A DNA stretch of 64,000 nucleotides. Source: Minisyncoccota bacterium. Its GTDB lineage: Bacteria; Patescibacteriota; Minisyncoccia; Phycocordibacterales; UBA9973. The translations under genes were made by a program, and so were the position numbers. The stretch spans positions 12,680 through 76,679 of the forward strand of contig JALOQM010000002.1 in NCBI GenBank assembly GCA_025453495.1, read 5' to 3'. Below, in pieces: positions 19,681 to 28,620 of the stretch (within the stretch, counting starts at the first letter, position 1; every line of letters begins with the position of its first letter). Below the pieces are notes generated by a model. That model saw only the letters and a program-made list of their open reading frames with translations. It was not told the origin of the DNA and did no database searches.

Positions 19681-20748
19681 ATGGCATCAAAAAAGGAGAA
19701 AAAAGAAATCGCACTCTATCGTAAATACCGACCCGAAACATTTGCTGACATGCTGGGACAAGAGCATGTTGTTGCTGCACTCGAAGGCGCTCTTGCCAAA
19801 GGTACTGTCTCGCATGCGTATCTTTTTTCTGGTTCACGCGGTACTGGTAAGACATCTGCGGCACGCATACTTGCACGAGAACTCGGTACTAGCGACAATG
19901 ATGTCTATGAAATAGACGCTGCCTCAAATCGTGGTATTGATGATATTCGTGAGCTTCGAGATGGCGTGCGCACATTGCCCTTTGATTCAAAATACAAAGT
20001 CTATATTATCGACGAAGTGCACATGCTTACAAAAGAAGCTTTCAATGCACTTTTGAAAACCCTGGAAGAACCACCGTCACACGTCATTTTCATCTTGGCG
20101 ACGACTGAGCTTGCTAAGGTGCCAGATACGATTGTCTCGCGTTGTCAGACATTTGTTTTTAAGCGACCACCTGAGCGTATCCTTCGAGAATTCGCTCTCG
20201 ATATCGCCGCGCGTGAAGGATTTACACTTTCGCCTGCTGCCGCGGAACTTATCGCTTTGCTTGGTGATGGGTCATTCCGCGACACGCATGGCATCATCCA
20301 GAAGATTACTAGTATTTCTAAAGACAAGAAGATTGCTGTCGATGAGATTGAGGCGGTTACTGGGGCACCAAGTGCATCGCTTGTACAGAGCTATATTGAC
20401 GCACTTGCGACAAAAGATGCAGGTAAGGGGATAGACGCAGTTCGTCGCGCAGCAGCACTCAATATGGATATGCGGCTTTTTATGAAGCTCGTCTTACAAA
20501 AAATCCGTCAAATACTTCTGTATCGTTTCGCGCCAGATATGCGAGCAGAGCTTTTCGTTGAACTTTCGGATATCGACCAGGTATTTGTCAAAAAGCACGC
20601 TGCCGACACGAGTGGCGCGATTTCTTCAAAGACTATCCTTGGACTCCTTGCTATGGCACGATATGAACGTGATGTCGCCGTCCCAGAACTACCACTAGAG
20701 CTTGCACTTATTGAGAACAGTACGCACAATGAACTCCCAAACGCATAA
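19681..20748 (+). CDS. dnaX: DNA polymerase III subunit gamma/tau (short form)
   Basis: ALYRKYRP, GSRGTGKTS, EIDAASNRG, IIDEVHML, FNALLKTLEEPP, SRC. Confidence 0.97.
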   Translation: MASKKEKKEIALYRKYRPETFADMLGQEHVVAALEGALAKGTVSHAYLFSGSRGTGKTSAARILARELGTSDNDVYEIDAASNRGIDDIRELRDGVRTLPFDSKYKVYIIDEVHMLTKEAFNALLKTLEEPPSHVIFILATTELAKVPDTIVSRCQTFVFKRPPERILREFALDIAAREGFTLSPAAAELIALLGDGSFRDTHGIIQKITSISKDKKIAVDEIEAVTGAPSASLVQSYIDALATKDAGKGIDAVRRAAALNMDMRLFMKLVLQKIRQILLYRFAPDMRAELFVELSDIDQVFVKKHAADTSGAISSKTILGLLAMARYERDVAVPELPLELALIENSTHNELPNA

Positions 20749-21409
20749 ACTTATCTTTTTTGATCTTGATGGGACGCTCATTTCTGCCAATAGTTGGCAG
20801 TTATCAAATAGTGCTTTTGGTTTGACAGAAAATGAGGATGCTACATTTTTTGATTTATATCATCGCAGCATTATTACCTACAAAGAATGGATTGATCTTA
20901 TTGCAAGAATTCTTCGGGAGCGGAAACTCTGTAATAAGGACACATTTACTGCGTTCACTGAAAGACTCACGCCCCGACCAGAAGCTGCCACACTTATTGA
21001 AACATTGCGAACTATGGGATACACCACAGTCCTTCTTTCTGGCGCATTGCGACAATCTGCTGAAGCAGTAGGTAAAAAGGTTGGTATTGATCATGTATAT
21101 ACAACAACAGCACTTGTCTTTGCTGATGATGGATATGTCTCATCGATCGAGCTACACAAGAGTATGGATGCACTGCCGATGCGGACAATTAAAGATGAGG
21201 GACTTGCAAAGCGGTCTATTTTTGAAGAAGTATGTGCCGTTTTTGGAGTAGCTCCAGAACAGACGATGTATATCGGTGATGGTGGTAATGATATTGAAAT
21301 ATTCAAACAGACCAAAAAAGGCGTTCTTCTTGGTGAGTTCGCTCCACTTAGAGACTTAGCATGGAAAAAAGTGTCAAACCTTACTGATATTATCGGATTA
21401 CTTTCTTGA
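20729..21409 (+). CDS. HAD-family phosphatase (SerB-like)
   Basis: FFDLDGTL, LLSG, K, YIGDGGND motifs. Confidence 0.88.
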   Translation: MNSQTHKLIFFDLDGTLISANSWQLSNSAFGLTENEDATFFDLYHRSIITYKEWIDLIARILRERKLCNKDTFTAFTERLTPRPEAATLIETLRTMGYTTVLLSGALRQSAEAVGKKVGIDHVYTTTALVFADDGYVSSIELHKSMDALPMRTIKDEGLAKRSIFEEVCAVFGVAPEQTMYIGDGGNDIEIFKQTKKGVLLGEFAPLRDLAWKKVSNLTDIIGLLS

Positions 21410-21463
21410 TTGCGCACACGCCTTGTACGTAGTATTCTTGAGGCAGTACCAAAAAAGAAAAAC

Positions 21464-21667
21464 ATGAGTACAGTAGCACCAGTATATTTTGCCGATATTG
21501 ACAATATTGAGTTAGTTCGTCAATTTGAGCGCGCGATAGAACTTGCCATCAAAGGAGATGGCAACGGACAAACTCCTTTTGATAAAGAAGCGCTCAGAAA
21601 TGAATTACTTTCTCGCTTGGCGTCTGCGAAGAAAGAACAAGGTCAAGACAAAGGCGAAAGTTTATGA
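21464..21667 (+). CDS. Small hypothetical protein
   Basis: 67-aa ORF with its own leader and a terminator at 21687-21711. Confidence 0.6.
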   Translation: MSTVAPVYFADIDNIELVRQFERAIELAIKGDGNGQTPFDKEALRNELLSRLASAKKEQGQDKGESL

Positions 21668-21742
21668 TCTTTTGCTTTACAAGCATAAAAGCCCCTAGTC
21701 GGGGCTTTTTTAACTTTCTTTTGTTTGCGTGTGATGATTTTG

Positions 21743-22204
21743 CTACGATACGATCTTTTTGCGAAGAGCGGCGATGGCATCAGTCAGTGTCTCAAATTCT
21801 GGAATATGGTATGTTTCAGAGACAATATCGACATTACCTTTTTTCCAGAATCCCTCTGGACACACAATGATAAGTTTTCCTGATCTTGCAAAAAGACCTT
21901 CTTCCATAAGTGAGATAGGAGATTGTGTATCAGGATCGTAGTACATGAGGATATGATCACTCGCTTCAAGCGCGGCAAGCTCCCATGCGACTTGTTCGTG
22001 AAATTCCGGATTGTCTTTGTCTTGTATCCATGAACTATCCCATTCCTCACGTCTTGGATTCAGGATAACGATATCCATATCAGCAAGCGCGCTGACAATC
22101 TCACTTTGCCAGTTCCGTGCCGTACCTACTTCGATACTTCCTGCCAGAAAAATTTTTTTTCTGGCATCATCTGGGATTTTGCCCGGCGCTTTTATTTCTG
22201 TCAT
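21743..22204 (-). CDS. Nucleoside 2-deoxyribosyltransferase-like protein
   Basis: IFLAGSIE, NWQ, LNPRR, QVAWE, SPISLMEEGL, FWKKGNV. Confidence 0.85.
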   Translation of the reverse strand: MTEIKAPGKIPDDARKKIFLAGSIEVGTARNWQSEIVSALADMDIVILNPRREEWDSSWIQDKDNPEFHEQVAWELAALEASDHILMYYDPDTQSPISLMEEGLFARSGKLIIVCPEGFWKKGNVDIVSETYHIPEFETLTDAIAALRKKIVS

Positions 22205-22301
22205 ATATTTTTTTATTATACAACCAGTATTCCTATCTTCGTACATGTAAATTGTTTTTTATCAGCTTTTGGTGTAGGTTTAGTATGTTCTTTTATTCTA
22301 T

Positions 22302-22375
22302 TGCCGGTTCGTCTAATGGTAGGACACCGCCCTTTGGAGGCGGGTATTGGGGTTCGAGTCCCTGACCGGCAGCCA
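22302..22375 (+). tRNA. tRNA-Gln (TTG)
   Basis: TGCCGGT/ACCGGCA acceptor stem, anticodon arm CCGCC-CT-TTG-GA-GGCGG, GGTTCGAGTCC, encoded CCA. Confidence 0.96.
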
Positions 22376-22540
22376 GCTTGAGCGCTAGTACGAAGTGCTT
22401 CATTTACGGGACTTTACGAATAAAAAGTTTCGAGTCCAGAGAGGGTCAAAATTCAAGAATTTTTGTCTACAGAGTTTTATCCTTTAATCACGGGCTGTTT
22501 TTCATATTTCAGAAAGTTCGAGTCCTTGAAAGGTGTTTTA
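22368..22540 (+). repeat. Cassette left-end repeat, copy 1
   Basis: Near-identical to 24538-24710 over the first ~80 bp (GCTAGTACGAAGTGCTTCATTTACGGGACTTTACGAATAAAAAGTTTCGAGTCCAGA) and alignable over ~170 bp. Confidence 0.9.
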
Positions 22541-22579
22541 TAAGAATTAAATACTAAAAGAGTATGATATAGTTTCTGT

Positions 22580-23623
22580 ATGTTAAAAGCTAAACCGCTT
22601 TATTCTGCCTCGGAAATTCAATCTTCAATCAAAGAAAGGATGCGTCTGTATAGAGTACCCGGAGTAAGTATTTCGTTTATGGACAATGGAAAGCAGACTG
22701 ATGTGGTATATGGGTTTGCCAATCTTAATAAAAAAGAGAAGATGACTGCCTCACATATTTTTCAGGCAGCATCAATCAGTAAACCTATTACCGCATTAGG
22801 GATCGTTATGCTCCATAATTCTCAGTTGATAGACATATATCAACCAGTTAATACTTACCTAAGAAGTTGGAAGTTAAAAACAAAGAAGGGAACACTTTCG
22901 GAAGCGACCATAATCGAGCTTTTGAGCCATTCGGCAGGCATTTCCATTGATGGCTTTTCTGGGTACGAACAAGGAAAGAAATTACCAAAGGAAATAACAA
23001 CTATTCTCGATGGCACATATCCATCAAATACTCCGACAATTATCGAAAACTTTAAGAGGGGTGAATTCCTATATTCAGGGGGAGGTTTTACTGTACTTCA
23101 GAAATTAGTAGAGGAGGTTACGGGTAAGAATTTTTGCGATTTTATGATGAAAGCTGTCTTAATTCCATTCGGTATGAAAAATTCTTTTTACAGCCGTGAT
23201 GCGGTTCGGCGGAAGAAAATTGCAACAGGGTATTGGAGTGAAACTGATCCTGTTGCAAGGGGCTATCATCTTTATCCAGAACTTGCGGCTGCTGGGTTGT
23301 GGACAAATCCATCAGATTTGATGATGCTTATTAAAACTATAAATAAATTATTGAAAAAGAAATCCCTCAATATAGATTTATTATTCAAGCCGATAAAAAA
23401 AGCCCGGCGCGATGCTGTCGGCCTCGGTTTTTTTCTTAATATGGTGGGCAAAGAGGTTGTTGCTGGGCACGATGGTGCAAACGCGGGTTTTAGGAGCAAA
23501 TTCCGCTTCATTGTCGGCAAAAATAAAGCTATTGCAGTCATGACGAACTCAGACGAGGGTTTCCGTTTTATAGATGAGATTGTGTCTGCTTCTGATAAGC
23601 GCTTTGCTAAAACTATTGAATAA
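22580..23623 (+). CDS. Serine hydrolase, class C beta-lactamase/AmpC-like family
   Basis: FQAASISK (SxxK), LLSHSAG, FLYSGGG, AAAGLW, GHDG; no signal peptide. Confidence 0.9.
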   Translation: MLKAKPLYSASEIQSSIKERMRLYRVPGVSISFMDNGKQTDVVYGFANLNKKEKMTASHIFQAASISKPITALGIVMLHNSQLIDIYQPVNTYLRSWKLKTKKGTLSEATIIELLSHSAGISIDGFSGYEQGKKLPKEITTILDGTYPSNTPTIIENFKRGEFLYSGGGFTVLQKLVEEVTGKNFCDFMMKAVLIPFGMKNSFYSRDAVRRKKIATGYWSETDPVARGYHLYPELAAAGLWTNPSDLMMLIKTINKLLKKKSLNIDLLFKPIKKARRDAVGLGFFLNMVGKEVVAGHDGANAGFRSKFRFIVGKNKAIAVMTNSDEGFRFIDEIVSASDKRFAKTIE

Positions 23624-23626
23624 TTC

Positions 23627-24439
23627 ATGGATATAGGTCAAATGCAAAAAATCATAACCTCAGTCGGAGTTGATACATCGGTCTATGTAGAGGATTTTGC
23701 AACTGGCGAAATATTTGATTACAAATCTCAGGAAGTTATGGCTTCTGCAAGTTTGAGAAAAGTTTCCATTCTGATGTCGATGCTTCATCTTATTTCAAAA
23801 GGCATATATGATCTTACTCAGCCTTTTGAAATAGAAAAAGAATATCAAGATAACGATTCTGGAGTATTCCAATTTTTAAAACCCGGCTTCCGCATAATCC
23901 TACAAGACGCTCTAATGATGATGATCGTCATCAGTGATAACACTTGTACTGGAAAAATATGGGACATGATCGGAGCAGAAATGCTTAATGGATATTGTAT
24001 GCATATTGGACTATTGCAAACCGTACATGCCGCTTCACGATCTTCTGAAGAAAATAAGACCTCAGCTTTTGAAGTGTCATATCTGCTTAAAAAGATTCTT
24101 TTAGGTTGCACAAATGAAAATGAAGCTCGGAATCTAGGGGTCACGAAAGAACTTTGCCAAATTGCCTTATCTATTTTAAAGAATCAGCAATTGACTAATG
24201 GACTAAGGGATTTATTGCCCAGAAGCGCAAATGTTGCAAGTAAAACAGGTATGATAGATGGTTATTTCCATGAAGCAGGTATAGTATTCTCAAAAACATT
24301 TACTCCATTAGGCGTTTTGTGTGTTATGACCAAAAATGTGCCACAAACTATAAATGGCGTCCCTGACCATACTGCAATACGAAAATTGATTTCCCGATTG
24401 ACCTTTGAAGGATTAGAGAAGTATGTAGATCAGTTATAA
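23627..24439 (+). CDS. Serine hydrolase, class A beta-lactamase-like family
   Basis: ASLRK (SxxK), ISDN, SKTG motifs; no signal peptide. Confidence 0.88.
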   Translation: MDIGQMQKIITSVGVDTSVYVEDFATGEIFDYKSQEVMASASLRKVSILMSMLHLISKGIYDLTQPFEIEKEYQDNDSGVFQFLKPGFRIILQDALMMMIVISDNTCTGKIWDMIGAEMLNGYCMHIGLLQTVHAASRSSEENKTSAFEVSYLLKKILLGCTNENEARNLGVTKELCQIALSILKNQQLTNGLRDLLPRSANVASKTGMIDGYFHEAGIVFSKTFTPLGVLCVMTKNVPQTINGVPDHTAIRKLISRLTFEGLEKYVDQL

Positions 24440-24444
24440 GACAG

Positions 24445-24710
24445 ACCCTCTCGAGCCGCGAACTCATTTTAATGAAAATTCAAATGAAAAAGTGATGATT
24501 TAAAGGGATAAAATGAAATCGGTTCGAGTCGCAGAGAGGCAGCCAGTTTGAGTGCTAGTACGAAGTGCTTCATTTACGGGACTTTACGAATAAAAAGTTT
24601 CGAGTCCAGAAAGGGTCGAATTTTATAAATTTTCACTCATAGAGTTTTGACCTTTATTGACGGAACATTTTTCATACTTCAGAAATTCGAGTCCATGATC
24701 GGTCTTTTAG
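24445..24710 (+). repeat. Full cassette junction: right-end hairpin, tRNA-3' mimic and left-end repeat copy 2
   Basis: CCTCTC..CGAAC-TCATTTT...AAAATGA..GTTCG..GAGAGG inverted arms (24447-24539), then CAGCCA and the left-end repeat. Confidence 0.88.
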
Positions 24711-24753
24711 ATAATAAAAAACACCCTTGATACTATCTCAGGTGTTTTATTCC

Positions 24754-25125
24754 TCATGCGTTTTTGCAAAAGGAAATTGCGTACCTCCAGCCATGGTCAG
24801 TTGGAACGAATCGAGCTATAGGCGATGGATGTGCTTTATTATTGCAGAAATGCGGATCAATTGATTTGAGCTTTTTGATCGTACTTATACTGATATCCTC
24901 AAATACAAGTATCTTCTGTCCTTCGAAATTGTGACAGTCAGGATAATGTATTCGCACAATGGTAAAACGTCCCACTGTTTGATGTTTCAAGATTTCGAAC
25001 TTATTCGGATTGGGATTCCCAACTGAAAAAGTTTTTTTCTTGCGTCTTACGAAATTCTTTTCTTGGTTCTGTTGATTGAAAAAATTATCATGAGAACAAG
25101 TAGAAAATTTTTTGAACATACCCAT
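24754..25125 (-). CDS. Hypothetical protein (phage/CPR-type)
   Basis: 123-aa ORF with SD AAAGGAG; NPNPNKF...YPDCHNFEGQKILVF...IDPHF...SPIARFVPT..GW; terminator at 24716-24749. Confidence 0.75.
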   Translation of the reverse strand: MGMFKKFSTCSHDNFFNQQNQEKNFVRRKKKTFSVGNPNPNKFEILKHQTVGRFTIVRIHYPDCHNFEGQKILVFEDISISTIKKLKSIDPHFCNNKAHPSPIARFVPTDHGWRYAISFCKNA

Positions 25126-25141
25126 ATCATTCTCCTTTCTT

Positions 25142-25520
25142 TTAGATTAGTTTGAGTAGAACATAAAGACATCCGCCATGGAGGGTCTGGTCCATTACGA
25201 CGTAGATAATCGTTCCGAATGAAGATTGCTTTTGGTCTGAGCTGTTCATCATTCCGCCTCTCCCAATAAGCTTCATCTATACGTAGGCAATTGACCACCT
25301 GTCTATAATCCAATGAGGGACAAATACCCCCCAAGAGGAAAAGGGGTGAGAAATTACCGGCAAACAGTGCAACTGTGGCGGTATACACCAGAACATGTGC
25401 TGTGCACCAGATAATCCCTTTCATTCCTTTTTGATATTTATTGTTAGTCATCGCGGCATTCTGAAAGAAGAAATCACCGATAAGGTCCCCGAAAACGATA
25501 TTGATCATAAGCTTTTCCAT
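25142..25520 (-). pseudogene. DUF3307-family membrane protein, frameshifted and nonsense-mutated
   Basis: (H>D)LIGDFFFQ...AHVLVY; extra G in a G6 run (25327-25332); corrected frame FVPHWIIDRWSIAYV*MKL...MDQTLH has a TAG at 25277-25279. Confidence 0.75.
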
Positions 25521-25612
25521 GGTTTCTATTTTTAGTGTTAATGAAGTTTCTGAGTCAATAATAGAGCAGTTGCCATACATATTCAATTATGTATAATAAT
25601 GACTATACAATC

Positions 25613-26377
25613 ATGCCTAAAGAAGAAATACAAAAAATACTTCAAGAAATCGGATTGCCTTCAGCTGAAATTTCTGTATACATCTCTTTGCTTGATGGCT
25701 TAGATTCAGTAAAAGATATAATAAAAACAACAGGAGAAAAGCGTCCTACTGTGTATTATTCTTTAAACTCTCTTGAAAAAAGAGGGTTGGTCTCAAAAAC
25801 AGGAAAGGAGTATGGAAACAAGTTTCAAGTTGAGCCGCTTGATAAGCTTCTGGAGTTGGTCAACAAGAATATACGGAAACAAAATGAGCTTCTGGAGAAG
25901 ACGAAGCGACTGAAGGATTTCTATCCAAAAAATAAACTTAATAACAAGGTCCTCGTTTCGTATTTTGATAACTTGGAATCCATAAAATCAGCAATATTTT
26001 ATAGTTTATACGGCAAAACTAAAACAATCAGAACTATTGTTCCAGCGAATAATTTTTTTCATGATATGGGAAAAGATTTTGTCGAAGAATATGTTAAAGA
26101 AAAGGTAAAACGAAAGATAGGCACTAAGGCATTATGGGAAGATATACCGAATAAAAAAGCAATTGAGAACTTCTATCTCAATTCTCAAATTAAGCAATTG
26201 CCGGTCGCTATGCATAACAGTTTTGAGACAACTATCTTTATCTATGATGACAAGACATTGTATGTTGCACCAAAGAAAGAAAATCATGCCGTCCTCATTC
26301 AATCCAAAGAACATGCAAAGATGATGACCTCAATTTTTGAAAATTTATGGAGTAATGCCATGGAAATAGAAAAATAG
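25613..26377 (+). CDS. TrmB-family winged-HTH transcriptional regulator
   Basis: LQEIGLPSAEISVYISLL...RPTVYYSLNSLEKRGLV; C-terminal IFIYDDK...AVLIQS...IFENLW. Confidence 0.88.
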   Translation: MPKEEIQKILQEIGLPSAEISVYISLLDGLDSVKDIIKTTGEKRPTVYYSLNSLEKRGLVSKTGKEYGNKFQVEPLDKLLELVNKNIRKQNELLEKTKRLKDFYPKNKLNNKVLVSYFDNLESIKSAIFYSLYGKTKTIRTIVPANNFFHDMGKDFVEEYVKEKVKRKIGTKALWEDIPNKKAIENFYLNSQIKQLPVAMHNSFETTIFIYDDKTLYVAPKKENHAVLIQSKEHAKMMTSIFENLWSNAMEIEK

Positions 26378-26389
26378 TTTTATTTTATA

Positions 26390-26497
26390 ACCCTCTCTGG
26401 ACACGAACCTATTTTTAAGAAAACTCAAATCAAAAAGTCCTGATTTTATTGGCTAAAATCAAAGCGGTTCGAGTTGCAGAGAGGCAGCCAGCTTGAG
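26390..26497 (+). repeat. Cassette right-end hairpin and tRNA-3' mimic, copy 2
   Basis: CCTCTCTG..CGAACC...GGTTCG..CAGAGAGG-CAGCCAGCTTGAG; homologous to 24445-24552 with the same 68-nt CGAAC-to-GTTCG span. Confidence 0.88.
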
Positions 26498-26587
26498 ATA
26501 GGTTCTAGTGACCGAAGAGGCTAATTGTATTTAGAAAAACAAAAGCCACCTTTTGAGGGTGGCTTCTCGGAATCATATCCCGAAGAA

Positions 26588-27163
26588 TTACTTTTTCTTT
26601 GCTTCCCGAACAATACCGTCGATAGCAACGAGGGCTGAAAGGATCTGGAAGACTGCGATGATCGGAGAATCTGTCTTGAACATCAAGTAGGTGCATACAC
26701 TGTGACCAATGAGGTACAGGATCCATCCGATGATGTTACTCGCTTTCTTGTCGAAAGCCAAGAACAGGGTTCCAAACAGTGAAGTTACTGCAAAGATGAA
26801 TTGTATCACTACCAGTTGTGCAGTTATTACTTGAACTAACAATAAGACACACACAAACACGGTTACAATGAGTACAATCGCCGTAAACAGCACGTTCCAC
26901 TTTTTCAGCAGATCTTTAATCCGGTTACCGTCTTTCGCGCGCGCGATCAGATAACCGTAAGTCATAAGTACAACAAGTGCGACATCGAGCACTACCATGA
27001 TCCAGAGATTTGCTTTGTGTTGCAATTTCATCTGGAGATAGAAGTACAAGGTAATCACAGCTGCACCGATGATTCCATAGAACCATCCGATAGCCTTCTT
27101 TTTGCGAACATAGTATTTGTTCAGAAAGAGAAGTAGTGCGGAGAAAATCTGAAGAACGAGCAT
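26588..27163 (-). CDS. PnuC-like (nicotinamide riboside transporter family) membrane protein
   Basis: Two repeats of three TM helices, each with a GW motif (AIGWFYGIIG, IIGWILYLIG). Confidence 0.55.
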   Translation of the reverse strand: MLVLQIFSALLLFLNKYYVRKKKAIGWFYGIIGAAVITLYFYLQMKLQHKANLWIMVVLDVALVVLMTYGYLIARAKDGNRIKDLLKKWNVLFTAIVLIVTVFVCVLLLVQVITAQLVVIQFIFAVTSLFGTLFLAFDKKASNIIGWILYLIGHSVCTYLMFKTDSPIIAVFQILSALVAIDGIVREAKKK

Positions 27164-27167
27164 GTGG

Positions 27168-27239
27168 CTGGCTTTTTGGTGAGTTTCAGTGAATTACTCT
27201 GGGCTCATAAAAGCACAAAGTAATTCACTGAAAAGCCAG
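27168..27239. promoter_or_regulatory. Long hairpin in the 5' leader of the PnuC-like gene
   Basis: TTTCAGTGAATTACT (27184-27198) / AGTAATTCACTGAAA (27219-27233) perfect 15 bp, plus CTGGCTTTT/AAAAGCCAG. Confidence 0.6.
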
Positions 27240-27320
27240 GTTTTGAGTTACTTATTCTGCGTATATAATATCAGAAAATAATAAATTTGTCAATAATCTC
27301 AAGTGTGCTAGAATATCAAC

Positions 27321-27638
27321 TACAAGGATGCGGCGCAGGCTCTTGCGGAGAAGAAGATTGCGAAGTTTAACAAGGTCTACAAGTTCAAGTTCAACAAGGT
27401 AAGTATCAAGAACCAGAAGACACGTTGGGGCAGCTGTTCGAAGAGGGGAAATCTCAACTTCAACTACAAGATCGCACTCCTCCCTGAGAAGCTTGCTGAG
27501 TATGTTGTAGTGCATGAGCTCTGCCACCTTGGGCAGTTCAATCACTCGCAAAAGTTCTGGAATCTTGTTGCAAAAACAATGCCTGACTATTTGGACATCA
27601 AAGAGGAGCTAAAGAGGAGTGGACTTCGGTTTCATTAG
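27321..27638 (+). pseudogene. 5'-truncated YgjP/SprT-like (DUF45) zinc metallopeptidase
   Basis: Read manually: YKDAAQALAEKKI...KNQKTRWGSCSKRGNLNFNYKI...YVVVHELCHL...NHSQKFWNLV; no ATG before the upstream in-frame TAG at 27309. Confidence 0.85.
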
Positions 27639-27673
27639 GAGTTGATAAGCAAATTACACATTTGAATACTTTT

Positions 27674-28285
27674 ATGAAAATATCAAATAATTACGAGGAT
27701 AATACTCTTATAAAAAATTCGGTCGTTGATCCGAACCTTTATGAAGATGTGTATAAAAAGTACGCAGATAAAGTGTTCAATTATTTCTGGTATCGTACTG
27801 GTCATGATAAGTCTCTTTCAGAAGATTTGATGCAAGAGACATTTCTTAGAGCTTTCGAACGAAGAGAGAAATACAAGGCACAAGGATATTCATATCTGAC
27901 ATATCTCCTTACGATTGCCCACAACCTTCTTGTTGACCATTACCGAAAACCAAAGAGCGTGCCTGTAGAAGGTTTAGATACAGACGCTATTCCTTTTGAA
28001 ATTACGGAAGACATTGAGAAAAAATATGATGCCGAGGCGCTATGGAGAGCTGTCCAAGCTTTACCACAGCAAAACAGGGATACCCTCCTTATGTTCTACC
28101 AAGAAGATATGCCTGTTCGGGATATCGCAAAGGTTATGAACACCAGCGAAAACGCCATAAAGCTCAGCCTGTCGCGCACTCGAAAAAAACTTTCAGAGCA
28201 CCCATATCTTCAAGATATTGCCTTATTTGCGGATACCAAGAGGAAATATACAAAACCTCGATTTTCTGGGAAGAAAGCACCCTAG
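27674..28285 (+). CDS. ECF-type RNA polymerase sigma factor
   Basis: Region 2 SEDLMQETFLRAF...YLLTIAHNLLVDHYRK; region 4 EDMPVRDIAKVMNTSENAIKLSLSR. Confidence 0.92.
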   Translation: MKISNNYEDNTLIKNSVVDPNLYEDVYKKYADKVFNYFWYRTGHDKSLSEDLMQETFLRAFERREKYKAQGYSYLTYLLTIAHNLLVDHYRKPKSVPVEGLDTDAIPFEITEDIEKKYDAEALWRAVQALPQQNRDTLLMFYQEDMPVRDIAKVMNTSENAIKLSLSRTRKKLSEHPYLQDIALFADTKRKYTKPRFSGKKAP

Positions 28286-28313
28286 ACACCTTTTGTCGTT
28301 TTCTCCGTTAAAT
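28285..28313 (+). promoter_or_regulatory. Candidate ECF-dependent promoter for hsp20-groES-groEL
   Basis: ACACC-TTTT...CGTT with 16 nt between CAC and CGT, matching the general ECF AAC-N16/17-CGT layout. Confidence 0.5.
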
Positions 28314-28319
28314 ATGGTG

Positions 28320-28600
28320 TAGACGGAGTGTTCGGCCGTCGCTAAGCAGAATAAAGCTTATATATGACTTTAGTAAGGCATGAATTACATGATGCTTGGC
28401 TGAAGAAATTTATTCGTTCGATTTCTGATGCCACTTAGCATCTCCAAACAATTGAATAGTGTGAGTAGATAATCTCGCGAAAGCGAAAGTCCAGAGGACA
28501 AATGTCCTCTACGGCCAAAGAGGTAACCAAAAGGCATCTTTGGTTTTTTGTGAGAAGTATAGACTCCTTGTGTAGGTCGAATACAGAAAGACATTATCAG
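28320..28600 (+). ncRNA. Candidate structured 5' leader RNA / attenuator
   Basis: Four local hairpins, including a GAAA tetraloop and a terminator-like stem with T6, plus long-range complementarity; no convincing ORF. Confidence 0.5.
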
Positions 28601-28620
28601 AAGTTAATCGTTTAGTTGTC

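Noticed and set aside
25047-25586. 179-aa ORF as a real protein
   Set aside because: It is a chimera of the DUF3307 N-terminus and out-of-frame sequence after the G-run slip.
22351-26497. CRISPR array interpretation of the repeats
   Set aside because: Repeats are 100-270 bp, separated by kilobase gene-bearing segments, and no cas genes are present.
27252-27551. 99-aa minus-strand ORF
   Set aside because: It is the antisense shadow of the metallopeptidase remnant, which has clear motifs on the plus strand.
28480-28600. RNase P RNA suggested by GAAAGTCC and ACAGAA words
   Set aside because: The motifs are only about 100 nt apart, the P4 complement is missing, and a terminator-like hairpin lies between them.
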